DNA from: Pyrodictium delaneyi
GTDB lineage: Archaea > Thermoproteota > Thermoprotei_A > Sulfolobales > Pyrodictiaceae
DNA length: 32,000 bases
NCBI RefSeq assembly: GCF_001412615.1
Contig: NZ_CP013011.1
Location: 480,001 to 512,000 of the forward strand
Direction of reading: 5' to 3'
In this document: positions 24,113 to 32,000 of the stretch, piece after piece
How positions within the stretch are numbered: the first letter of the stretch is position 1
Layout of the letters: the number at the start of each line of letters is the position of its first letter
Notes under the pieces: generated by a model
What the model saw: only the letters and a program-made list of their open reading frames with translations
Databases searched by the model: none
What the model was told of the DNA's origin: nothing
Translations under genes and position numbers: made by a program

Positions 24113-25297
24113 CTACGAGGCATGCGCCTCTATGAACTCCTTGAGCGAGGCCAGCGCCACTCTGACGCCGTGCCTCCTGGGCATATAGAAGGCTGTCTTG
24201 ACGGAATCAGTAGCTATAGCTCTTATGCCCGACTTCCGGAGCGTACCGACCACTAGGCACGTACCAGGAAGCAGGTAGACTCCGCGCCTCCTAAGCCACT
24301 CTCCATATCTCCGTAGAGACTCCCCCATGTTGCCAGGCACTGCTATCCAGACGGGGCGCCTAAGCCTAGTTACACTACGAGCCTCAAGTAGCTCTACAAC
24401 CTTCTCTACAACATCGCTGCTATGGTGAGGGCAGCCTGTGAAGAATAGCTCTGCCTCCTCTATACTGGCTGTCTCCACCTCTTCCCGTGCCCTCCTCAAT
24501 GCATCTCCATCAACTACAATCTTCTCGACACCAGTAGGCACGCCACGGTCTTCCGGCGAGATACCCCTAACGATACACATGGCTGTGTTTCCTGCGGCAG
24601 CTGCCGCTGCACATAGGGAGATTACTTGTCGTCTAGCCTTCATCCTCACGTCGATGTAGGGCAACTCACCGGAGAGGTTCTTGCCCACCAGGTAGCCTAG
24701 CACACCGGCATCGAGCTCGTCATCGACACCGGTATTTACTCTCACGAGTACTGTGGGTCGCCGGTTCTCGCCCAGGTGTAGGCCCCAGAGGTATATTCTC
24801 CCCACTAATGCTGCCGCGAGCGCTACGGGTCCACCTTCTCTGTTCGTCCTGGCACCGTAGAGAGTGTTGGCCACAGCTACTGCGCTTGACTCGCCCCATG
24901 CCAGGTGCTCGCCCGGACGCGGCTTACGCAACATGTAGGGAATACATGTGGCGCTCAGCTCGAACCCCATGCGGAGAAGCGCACCTATGATTCGCCTCTG
25001 CTTCTCCACATGTGTCTCAGGCACCGGGTAGGGTGGCTTCTCACCCAAGGGAAATCCTGCTGGATTGAAAGTGGAGTAGACTGATACCTTTCCATCCCTG
25101 GCAAGGGTCTCTATGAACTCTAACCCATAGTCTCCTATGTTGCTGTAGGAGATTCCGCTTGCATGTACATGTGCTACTTTCACAAGGCGCTCGGCACCGA
25201 GGGCTTCGCCTACACGCACTATTAGCTTCATCGCTAGCTGGCGGGCTGGCCCCTCCTCGCCGTTGAGTATACGCTCCTCTTCGCGTGTCAAGTACAA
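24113..25297 (-). CDS. aconitase X catalytic-domain protein (DUF521); phosphomevalonate dehydratase large subunit candidate
   Basis: 394 aa. The N-terminus MYLTREEERILNGEEGPARQLAMKL...VAHVHASG is characteristic of DUF521. TTG start is preceded by a G-rich tract. Confidence 0.85.
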   Translation of the reverse strand: MYLTREEERILNGEEGPARQLAMKLIVRVGEALGAERLVKVAHVHASGISYSNIGDYGLEFIETLARDGKVSVYSTFNPAGFPLGEKPPYPVPETHVEKQRRIIGALLRMGFELSATCIPYMLRKPRPGEHLAWGESSAVAVANTLYGARTNREGGPVALAAALVGRIYLWGLHLGENRRPTVLVRVNTGVDDELDAGVLGYLVGKNLSGELPYIDVRMKARRQVISLCAAAAAAGNTAMCIVRGISPEDRGVPTGVEKIVVDGDALRRAREEVETASIEEAELFFTGCPHHSSDVVEKVVELLEARSVTRLRRPVWIAVPGNMGESLRRYGEWLRRRGVYLLPGTCLVVGTLRKSGIRAIATDSVKTAFYMPRRHGVRVALASLKEFIEAHAS

Positions 25298-25301
25298 GGT
25301 G

Positions 25302-26606
25302 CTAGCCCCTGCCCCCGATAGTCGGCCTTACGTACTTACCTCGCTCGTGTATCGGTATTGTAGCATCCACTAGGAGTTTGTACGTGAGTCCATCCCGGGC
25401 ACTTGGGTCGAGTGTGGAGCCGCGTGCAGCAGGTATGACTACTAGTCCCCGGTCTGCCTGGAGACGCGTAGCGATAGCCCATTCTACCTGTCTAGGATCG
25501 TCAGGGTCTATGTCACTGTCTACTACTACTACGTGTTTGAGGCTTGGATGCGCTGCTAGCGCTGCCAATCCCGCAGATTTACCATCACCATCATGTTGTT
25601 TCTCAATAGAGACAACTGCATGTAACCACATACCACCGGCCGGTGTAAGTCTCACTTTAACAACGTGTGCTACTGCACGCGAGACTGCCTCGTATATCGC
25701 CGCCTCGCGAGGGAACCCCATCAATATCATGTGCTCGTAACCACCAGGCAATATCGTGTGCATGTATGGCTTGTACATCTTGTTAACATAGACTCCTTCG
25801 ACGTGAAGAATCGGCTCCTGGCGGACATCGTCGTAGAGCTGTAGGAGATCTACGAAGGGTCCCTCTCGAGCCCGATCAGGACCAAGCCTAGCTTCCACTA
25901 TCATAGAGGCACCGCACGGAACTGGCAAGTTATAGCGCGGTGTACGACACACCGCTAGCCCTCCTAGCATGCTAGCTGCCATGCCCAGCTCGAATACACC
26001 ATAGGGCGGACTCGTGGAGGCTGCTAGCAGCACACGGGGATCAGTGCCTATGACTACTGCCACTGGGAGCCCCTTTTCACCTGCCTCGCGGAGCATTCGG
26101 TAGAGGTGCCGAGGAACTACACGGACAGCCGCATAGCTCTTATCATCACTCACCATGATGCGGTGTATAGATGCATTGCACACACCCTCGCGACAAGCCA
26201 CGAACATCGACGACGTTATATATAATCCTCCATCTCTATCATAGAACCGCAGCGCCGGTAAAAGGGATAGATCTTCTCCGACATGCTCAAAATACTCGCT
26301 GAAGACTTCTTCGCGGAAGCTCTGGGCTGGCGAGGAAGACGCCTTAGCTAATACAGTGTAGGCCTCCCGATCGCTCGAGGCGCCAAGCGCCTTGTAGAGC
26401 ACTTCACGGTTGGCAATCAAGTTGGATACAAAGGGCCAGTTATAGCCCCTAACATTAAACACTACAATGCGCTGACCGTCATACTGCTTTATAATCCTAG
26501 CTGCCTCGTAACTAGGTTCGAGTTCTTCCGACACCTCTGCTATAGCAGCACCCTGCTCCTTCATAGCTTCTAGGTAATTCTCGACCGACGCCTCTATATT
26601 ACGCAT
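25302..26606 (-). CDS. UbiD-family decarboxylase; anhydromevalonate phosphate decarboxylase candidate
   Basis: 434 aa with the overall UbiD-like pattern. Sits directly upstream of the AcnX pair, the arrangement known for the archaeal mevalonate pathway. Confidence 0.8.
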   Translation of the reverse strand: MRNIEASVENYLEAMKEQGAAIAEVSEELEPSYEAARIIKQYDGQRIVVFNVRGYNWPFVSNLIANREVLYKALGASSDREAYTVLAKASSSPAQSFREEVFSEYFEHVGEDLSLLPALRFYDRDGGLYITSSMFVACREGVCNASIHRIMVSDDKSYAAVRVVPRHLYRMLREAGEKGLPVAVVIGTDPRVLLAASTSPPYGVFELGMAASMLGGLAVCRTPRYNLPVPCGASMIVEARLGPDRAREGPFVDLLQLYDDVRQEPILHVEGVYVNKMYKPYMHTILPGGYEHMILMGFPREAAIYEAVSRAVAHVVKVRLTPAGGMWLHAVVSIEKQHDGDGKSAGLAALAAHPSLKHVVVVDSDIDPDDPRQVEWAIATRLQADRGLVVIPAARGSTLDPSARDGLTYKLLVDATIPIHERGKYVRPTIGGRG

Positions 26607-27877
26607 CTCAAGGGCCTCCCTGCTTCTTCGTAGTCCTCGCTAAGCCTTATGCCTCCTAGTACTAATCCCTTAACTTCGCCAGTATATGGTGTGGCAAGTT
26701 TTGCAACCATCCGGCGCGGATCTATATCGCGGAGTATAGCTAGCGCCTTCTCCTCGCCGTCAGGACCTATTAGCGACACTAGAGCGTTTACCGCCAGGTT
26801 CTTATCAAGTATGTACACTTGCTTCTGGTATACTGATGCTGCCTTTTCTATGCCTGCTGGCTCAGGCTGACCAACTGTAACCACATACACTGTGTCGTAT
26901 GTCTCACTAGCCGCTATCACTGGAACACGAAAGAGTTCTTGGAGCATCTTAGCATGGTTTTCGGGGAGGATTTCTCCTGAGAAGAAGCAGCTTCCATAGA
27001 TGGATACCTTATCTAGTTCGACTATCCTCTCGTAGAGGGGTTCCAGATACCGGCGGTATGCCTGACTACGTAGGTTACGCCTCTCTTCACGATCTCTCTC
27101 GTGCTTGACTCTTGGGCTTGGAAGGTAGAATACGCCACAGCGCTGTCCCGCGAACATGTTCTTGGCCATTTTGTATAGCTTCTCGTCTCCAACTACGTAC
27201 ACAGTGTCCGCTGCAAGGTATCTAGCCATCTCTGCCTTGTACTCTAGAGAGTTCAGACCCTGTATCCATCCATCTGTGTCAACAACTATGACATCTACTC
27301 CTGCCGAGCGTAGCTTTGCGGCTAGTTCTACTACACTGGCCACTATCCGGCGCTCTACACGTTGCGGTGTGATGCTACCTACGAACCGCATATACTCGGC
27401 ACGTAGCTCGCGAAGCCAGAGAACGAATCTTCTAGCCTCTGCTGCCGATACACAAGCTGGTGGACCCACATCTGCTTGACCCACATCTGCGTCTACGACG
27501 CCCACACGCAGCCCACGAAGAAGAGCGCGGTTAGCTATAAGCGCTGTTACACTCGACTTACCTGCATCTACTGGACCAATTACTATAAACGTTCTACAGT
27601 CTTTACGAAGAGCTTCATCAATGCTGTAGACCCACGTGTCTATCACTTCTTCACCAAGCCGTGGCCTCTCTATAATACCTCCATGACCTACCTCGAAGTC
27701 TATCCGTGACTCTACCAAGGCTTTTACAGCGTAACTGCGATACTGAGGGACCTCGAACTCATCTCCAGCATTGAATACTGCACCGAGAACCAGAACTTGA
27801 CCATAGATTACACGGGCCCTTAGAGGCCCTTCAACACGTACAATGTGACCAGGTTCTAGTACGAGCTGTACCTTCAT
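26594..27877 (-). CDS. Clp1/Grc3-type polynucleotide 5'-hydroxyl kinase
   Basis: P-loop GPVDAGKSS followed by VVDADVGQADVGPP (the Clp1 DxDxGQ motif). Its 3' end overlaps the UbiD-like start by 13 nt. Confidence 0.7.
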   Translation of the reverse strand: MKVQLVLEPGHIVRVEGPLRARVIYGQVLVLGAVFNAGDEFEVPQYRSYAVKALVESRIDFEVGHGGIIERPRLGEEVIDTWVYSIDEALRKDCRTFIVIGPVDAGKSSVTALIANRALLRGLRVGVVDADVGQADVGPPACVSAAEARRFVLWLRELRAEYMRFVGSITPQRVERRIVASVVELAAKLRSAGVDVIVVDTDGWIQGLNSLEYKAEMARYLAADTVYVVGDEKLYKMAKNMFAGQRCGVFYLPSPRVKHERDREERRNLRSQAYRRYLEPLYERIVELDKVSIYGSCFFSGEILPENHAKMLQELFRVPVIAASETYDTVYVVTVGQPEPAGIEKAASVYQKQVYILDKNLAVNALVSLIGPDGEEKALAILRDIDPRRMVAKLATPYTGEVKGLVLGGIRLSEDYEEAGRPLRCVI

Positions 27878-27911
27878 ACATTAATCCCTCCATGAGATAG
27901 CAGTTTGCGAT

Positions 27912-28574
27912 TTACTCGTTAACTTCCGGTTTGCGGCCATTCATGTACGCGCGCAACGCTATTGCCACAGCCGCCCGGAGATCGTCGCTACCTAGTTTCT
28001 CGACTCCACGGATACCGAGTAAAGGAGCTTTATTAGACCTATATTCATCAACAATGTAGACTCTCACACCACAATTTTCAAGCCTTTCAGCAATCATGCT
28101 AGCGTAAGGAGATACTGCCGGCGAGTAACCTATGGCCACAGCGAACTCGCCATGCCTCTGAGAGGCCATGCATATAGAGTGCAAAAGCTCATGCGAGTCT
28201 AGTGGCGCAAATCCGCTATAGAGTATCGCACCAGCAGACAAGAGCACATATGCAAGCCTCGATGAGCCTACGTCTATACCTAGTATGGCTTCGTAGAGGC
28301 GCCCACGCACCGCCTTGACGAAGTCGAGTATAGCTGTAAGCACACCTGTATCCTCTACATCAACTACCACGACACGGCTACAAATGCTTCCTATAGTCTC
28401 CGCCGTATAGGTGTCTGTTATAACAAGATAGTCTCTACACTCGGCCAAACTACGCGGTATGGAGTAGCTGACACCTAGGAGCCGGGCTAGCTCTACAAGT
28501 CTACTCGCGAGGCCCGGCCTACTAGTCCATATAACTATGTGTTGTCCCAAGGTTTCTGCTGGAGTCTGTTTCAA
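27912..28574 (-). CDS. hypothetical protein, possible RNase H-fold (RuvC/YqgF-like) C-terminal half
   Basis: 220-aa ORF. ILGIDVGSSRLAYVLL resembles the first strand and acidic residue of RNase H-like nucleases. There is no stronger match, so the functional call is weak. Confidence 0.45.
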   Translation of the reverse strand: MKQTPAETLGQHIVIWTSRPGLASRLVELARLLGVSYSIPRSLAECRDYLVITDTYTAETIGSICSRVVVVDVEDTGVLTAILDFVKAVRGRLYEAILGIDVGSSRLAYVLLSAGAILYSGFAPLDSHELLHSICMASQRHGEFAVAIGYSPAVSPYASMIAERLENCGVRVYIVDEYRSNKAPLLGIRGVEKLGSDDLRAAVAIALRAYMNGRKPEVNE

Positions 28575-28591
28575 CCCATAGTGGCTGGCCA

Positions 28592-29209
28592 GTGCATCGG
28601 GGAGGATATTTGCCTATCTGTCACCGTCTCATCGAGACGCTCACCTGGCCGGGTGTAGTACTAGTCTATGGCATTGCTGGCGCTGGCAAAACCACACTTT
28701 CACTGGAGTTTGTGAGAGACTACTGCAGGACTAGATGTCTCTTCGTAACAACAGAGGGGCTCGAATTTATCCGGCGTGCCGAGCAAATGGGCATCAATAC
28801 TGCTAGAATGATTGTATACGAGGCGCTCTGGTACACAGACCTCCTTGACCTCCTTACGCGTAAAGACATACCTCTCTACGACATAGTGGTTATTGACAGC
28901 ATAAACTCGTTTATCAGAATAGATGCTGAGAACTCCTACCGTATAGTCTTGCTGTTAGCCGCTTCTCTATACAAGGTGAGCGAGGACTACGGTGTACCCA
29001 TAATTGAGACAGCACAAGTACATAGCAACGGGGAGCAGCAGTACGAGCCGGTAGCTGGCAGAGGGCTCAGCCTATGGACCCATAACGTTATACGTTTGGA
29101 CTACTTATCCCCAGGCCATCGGAGACTACTTGTAGAGAAGCCAAGCGACACGAGGCTAGAATTGGAACTACGTATTAGCGATGGTGGTATAGAATGGTTG
29201 AACTGCTGA
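28592..29209 (+). CDS. RecA-superfamily ATPase (RadB/KaiC-like)
   Basis: Walker A GIAGAGKTT and Walker B YDIVVIDSINSF, about 205 aa. Start is GTG 28592 or TTG 28610 (the latter follows GGGGAGGA). Confidence 0.65.
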   Translation: MHRGGYLPICHRLIETLTWPGVVLVYGIAGAGKTTLSLEFVRDYCRTRCLFVTTEGLEFIRRAEQMGINTARMIVYEALWYTDLLDLLTRKDIPLYDIVVIDSINSFIRIDAENSYRIVLLLAASLYKVSEDYGVPIIETAQVHSNGEQQYEPVAGRGLSLWTHNVIRLDYLSPGHRRLLVEKPSDTRLELELRISDGGIEWLNC

Positions 29210-29700
29210 GTCCCCTCCATACAGTTCTTGTGCTTCTTCCTGCACTCGTTGCCAACGGTTCTCCAGTCTTATTGAGCTATGGAGGCACACCTATAGATGG
29301 CGGGCGGAAATTCCTAGACGGTAGACCTCTGCTTGGTGCTGGCAAGACATGGGAAGGACTTGGTATAGGTGTACTCTATGGCTCTATATTCGCGGTGTTC
29401 CTAGCATCTATTATGTGCTCATACACACTACTAAAAGGTGGAATCGCTGCCGCACTCGGTGCTCTTCTAGGGGATATGTTTGCTGCCTTCATAAAGAGGA
29501 GGATAGGCCTAGAAAGGGGAGCCCCTGCCCCGGTACTTGACCAGCTAGACTTCTACGCCGGCGCACTGATATCGCTGTACATCGTAGATATCATTGTCGA
29601 TCCATATGTTGCAGCTGTATTCGCACCAATAGTACTTACGCTTCACAGACTGACTAATATGGCTGCAAACCGATTGAAGCTAAAGCCTGTTCCTTGGTGA
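29194..29700 (+). CDS. carS: CDP-archaeol synthase (CDP-2,3-bis-O-geranylgeranyl-sn-glycerol synthase, DUF46)
   Basis: 168-aa membrane protein with LPALVANGSPVL...GGRKFLDGRPLLGAGKTWEG...GDMFAAFIKRR, typical of CarS. Confidence 0.8.
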   Translation: MVELLSPLHTVLVLLPALVANGSPVLLSYGGTPIDGGRKFLDGRPLLGAGKTWEGLGIGVLYGSIFAVFLASIMCSYTLLKGGIAAALGALLGDMFAAFIKRRIGLERGAPAPVLDQLDFYAGALISLYIVDIIVDPYVAAVFAPIVLTLHRLTNMAANRLKLKPVPW

Positions 29701-29718
29701 TATGTTGGTGTCAGCCCA

Positions 29719-29919
29719 CTATGTTGGCTCCGAGCTGCTCTCCTCACTATGTATTATTCCGGCAAGCATCTTCATGCGATACCGGTATGCCACATACTTG
29801 TCTTCAGGCGAGAAGCGTGGCGGATGCGGAACGGCCACGTCGCCACCACATAATGGACACTTGTCACGCCTAAGCGTATATCTCCCACAGACCGCACACC
29901 GTCTCATAAGCCAGCGCAT
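29719..29919 (-). CDS. nop10: H/ACA RNP ribosome biogenesis protein Nop10
   Basis: Zinc ribbon CAVCGRYTL...CPLCGG followed by PHPPRFSPEDKYVAYRYRMK. Confidence 0.85.
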   Translation of the reverse strand: MRWLMRRCAVCGRYTLRRDKCPLCGGDVAVPHPPRFSPEDKYVAYRYRMKMLAGIIHSEESSSEPT

Positions 29920-29999
29920 ACATTATCGCCTCCGCGACGACTCTTAACCACAATTTCAACAAAATATCACTGCCATAGATGCTGGCGAGGCTTACAGAG

Positions 30000-30911
30000 T
30001 TAGTGCCGCTCCCGTGTGAAGTTAAACTCTACGCCAAGCTTCTTTGCTTTAGCCTCTCCAATCTCTAGGCCCTTTTCTAGAGCCTTCTCTAGCGTCTTGT
30101 AGTCGTACGCGTCCAGCTCCAGCTTGTAGCGCGGCGCGCCAATTGTGTATAGCCTAACCTTTATGTCCTTAGAGCTAGCTAGGATAGCCTCCTTGACACT
30201 TAGGAGAACCTCCTTGATTCGCTCAACACCATCACCAGCAAAGCTCCTAGCCATTATGACGCCGCCTATCTTAACTCTCTTAACTTCCACGTGGCGCCTA
30301 ATCTCCTCGAGGAGCGGTTCTATCCATTCCTCAGGCACACCCGCTTCACGTAGCACACTCTCGCCGCGTATCGCTGCCTCTTCAAAGGCAGCCATAAGCT
30401 CACCATAGGCTTCTTCTAGCTTCCATCCAACCTCCTCGTATGCTTGGTCTAGTGTCTTCCCCAACTTCTCAGCTACTATCTCGAGTATCTTCTCAGCCTT
30501 CTGAGCCCTCTTCCACTCCATCATCTTACGACGTCGCTCATTGTCATTGACACGTTTTAGCGATACATCAACTTGTTTGCGACGCCTATTAACCCTGATA
30601 ACTTTGACAACTATCTTCTGCCCAGGCTTAACTACGTCGTGAATACTGCGGACCCAGCGAGAGGCTACTTCGCTCCATGGCAGGTAAGCTTCAAGGCCAC
30701 CATACTCATCCAAGTTGAGGTAAGCGCCATAATCGTATACTTCACGCACTGTTGCTACCACAAGTTCGCCAACATCTGGTAGCTCCTTTCTTCTCATGGG
30801 CACTTCTGCTCGCCTCCGCTCACCCTCTTCGCGTAGCCATGTGTATGACTCAAAGCACTTTCTCCAATTTATAGCTAAGAGACCTAAGGAATCAAAGGAG
30901 ATGAGAGACAT
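30000..30911 (-). CDS. eif2a: translation initiation factor aIF2 alpha subunit
   Basis: S1-domain core GELVVATVREVYDYGAYLNLDEYGGLEAYLPWSEV...VKVIRVNRRRKQVDVSLKRV. The conserved protein starts at ATG 30797. The open frame continues in-frame up to ATG 30911, which sits about 21 nt downstream of a TATA box. The start is ambiguous. Confidence 0.9.
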   Translation of the reverse strand: MSLISFDSLGLLAINWRKCFESYTWLREEGERRRAEVPMRRKELPDVGELVVATVREVYDYGAYLNLDEYGGLEAYLPWSEVASRWVRSIHDVVKPGQKIVVKVIRVNRRRKQVDVSLKRVNDNERRRKMMEWKRAQKAEKILEIVAEKLGKTLDQAYEEVGWKLEEAYGELMAAFEEAAIRGESVLREAGVPEEWIEPLLEEIRRHVEVKRVKIGGVIMARSFAGDGVERIKEVLLSVKEAILASSKDIKVRLYTIGAPRYKLELDAYDYKTLEKALEKGLEIGEAKAKKLGVEFNFTRERH

Positions 30912-30922
30912 GAAACCATACA

Positions 30923-30940
30923 GAATATATCATAAAATTA
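30923..30940 (-). promoter_or_regulatory. TATA-box region (TAATTTTATGATATATTC on minus) upstream of aIF2 alpha
   Basis: Reverse complement of 30923-30940. It is centred about 21 nt upstream of ATG 30911 and about 135 nt upstream of ATG 30797. Confidence 0.35.
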
Positions 30941-31008
30941 TGAACATCTAGCTTAAGAATATTACCCCCTACTCAACTTGGAGGACGTCCGAGATGCAAT
31001 AATTACTT

Positions 31009-31013
31009 AAAAA
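31009..31013 (-). terminator. oligo-T (T5) tract after the S27e gene
   Basis: Plus-strand AAAAA at 31009-31013 gives AACGTTTTTAAG on the minus strand, 16 nt past the stop at 31029. Confidence 0.3.
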
Positions 31014-31028
31014 CGTTTAAGGAGCTAT

Positions 31029-31229
31029 TTAGCCTAGCACGCGCACTACTTGGCCCGTTATCTTTGATTTTCCGCCGGTAGGCTCCACGAGCTGCGCGCC
31101 GCAGACAAGACAGCGACTTGGGAAGGTAGCGTGGCTGAACACTACTTGCTCGTTACCGCAAACAGGGCAGCGTACTAGGAGGAACCTGCTCCGGGGCTGG
31201 GGTACTAACACCTTAAGCTTCTTGACCAT
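31029..31229 (-). CDS. rps27e: 30S ribosomal protein S27e
   Basis: 66 aa with zinc ribbon [24 protein letters not shown]. Confidence 0.9.
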   Translation of the reverse strand: MVKKLKVLVPQPRSRFLLVRCPVCGNEQVVFSHATFPSRCLVCGAQLVEPTGGKSKITGQVVRVLG

Positions 31230-31233
31230 GGGG

Positions 31234-31518
31234 TTACCTCACCTCCACGAGCTCAACCTTCTTTAGCCTAATACCTCTGCGATGGAGTATGTAGCCACAT
31301 TTTTGACACTTAAGCTTCAGTACGACCTTCTTAGTTACCTTAGCAAAGCGCTTCTGCTCAGGCTTCCTCTTGCTACCGTAACCTTCCTGCTTTCTACGGT
31401 ATCTACGCTCACCCTCAGCTAGACTACGCCTCTTACCATGCTTGTAGATGGCTACCGAGTGTGGCGTATGTGTCTTACACCGCGGACAGTAGGTATTGAT
31501 GACCTTTGGAACCCTCAT
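31234..31518 (-). CDS. rpl44e: 50S ribosomal protein L44e
   Basis: 94 aa with [10 protein letters not shown]...CQKCGY and a basic [15 protein letters not shown] core. Confidence 0.9.
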   Translation of the reverse strand: MRVPKVINTYCPRCKTHTPHSVAIYKHGKRRSLAEGERRYRRKQEGYGSKRKPEQKRFAKVTKKVVLKLKCQKCGYILHRRGIRLKKVELVEVR

Positions 31519-31629
31519 GACGCCGCACCGCCACTCCTACCGGGGAATACCCGAAAGGGGTCTCCCCTGCTTCCTAGCTTAAATGCTCTTCACATCCCCT
31601 GGAAAATCCACTACCTAGGGGGTAAAAGC

Positions 31630-32000
31630 TCATGAATTATGATTCGTCTCTCTGAGCTCTAATCCCGTACCTATAGGTTCAGCTATGCCAGCAGCTACCA
31701 GCTTAACAGCCCTCTCCGGCTCAATACACACCACCGCACCTGGCCTTGCTATACCACCCCGTAGGCCAAGGTGACGCTTTACGATTACGGGCATACACAC
31801 GCTATTGTACACAATCTCACCTACAACTAGGCGAGAATATATCTCAGCCTCAGCTACACCTATGCCCGCTCCATACACTATGGTATCTGATATAAGCGTC
31901 TTCATCTCGTTAACTATCTCCAGGTAGTTGGCCAGTATAGCACTCCTCCTTAGAGCATTCCTATCTAGAAGTGTCTGCGATAACATCCTCTGGAACCTAG
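31630..32000 (-). CDS. GINS15/GINS51-like DNA replication protein (probably partial, may extend past the right edge)
   Basis: The frame is open from 31630 to the window end. ARPGAVVCIEPERAVKLVAAGIAEPI resembles the GINS 'kGd.v.l....A..Lv..G.A' segment. The position next to L44e-S27e-aIF2a-Nop10 matches the known conserved archaeal neighbourhood. Confidence 0.4.
   Translation of the reverse strand, partial: RFQRMLSQTLLDRNALRRSAILANYLEIVNEMKTLISDTIVYGAGIGVAEAEIYSRLVVGEIVYNSVCMPVIVKRHLGLRGGIARPGAVVCIEPERAVKLVAAGIAEPIGTGLELRETNHNS

Noticed and set aside
29702-29947. 81-aa plus-strand ORF
   Set aside because: It lies antisense to the clearly recognisable Nop10 gene (29719-29919).
1-32000. CRISPR arrays, transposases, integrases, and duplicated tRNA 3' ends (att sites)
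   Set aside because: Visual scanning of both strands found no regularly spaced repeats, no DDE/serine/tyrosine recombinase-like ORF and no second copy of the tRNA-Leu 3' half.

Overview
Archaeal chromosomal segment. The gene content supports this: CDP-archaeol synthase, aIF2-alpha, Nop10, L44e/S27e, a GINS-like protein, the AcnX/UbiD-type mevalonate enzymes, and TATA boxes about 25 nt upstream of start codons. It looks like a hyperthermophilic crenarchaeon, perhaps Desulfurococcales/Pyrodictiaceae, but that assignment is inference from memory and no search was run. All family calls come from motif recognition in the supplied translations.

Left 60% (about 1.9-19.5 kb): one unbroken minus-strand block devoted to c-type cytochromes. 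In transcription order it encodes:
- an octahaem HAO-like cytochrome on a long coiled-coil stalk with a C-terminal membrane anchor
- an AT-rich insert carrying a membrane-anchored M1-like zinc metalloprotease and an HTH_10 (Bat-type) regulator with a 4-Cys motif
- an archaeal-type System I cytochrome c maturation set: ccmB, a thioredoxin/cytochrome c/CcdA triple fusion, a 1007-aa CcmF, an extended CcmC, and CxxxY-type CcmE, with no ccmD/G/H
- a tetrahaem cytochrome, a Tat-exported 4x[4Fe-4S] protein, an NrfD-type membrane subunit and an anchored monohaem cytochrome
- ccmA at the far end

I read this as a candidate, apparently uncharacterised, quinol-to-multihaem-to-octahaem respiratory system. 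It would be analogous to NrfABCD, with an HAO-family enzyme in the terminal position. A stand-alone TrpB2 follows the block.

Right 40%: housekeeping genes. These are an SDR with a non-canonical active site, FAU-1-like RNase, tRNA-Leu(CAG), an orphan RHH protein, UPF0147/UPF0148, the archaeal mevalonate trio (AcnX large and small subunits plus a UbiD-like decarboxylase), Clp1-type kinase, a divergent RNase-H-like/RecA-like pair, CarS, and the conserved Nop10-aIF2alpha-S27e-L44e-GINS cluster.

No CRISPR array, transposase or integrase was seen.
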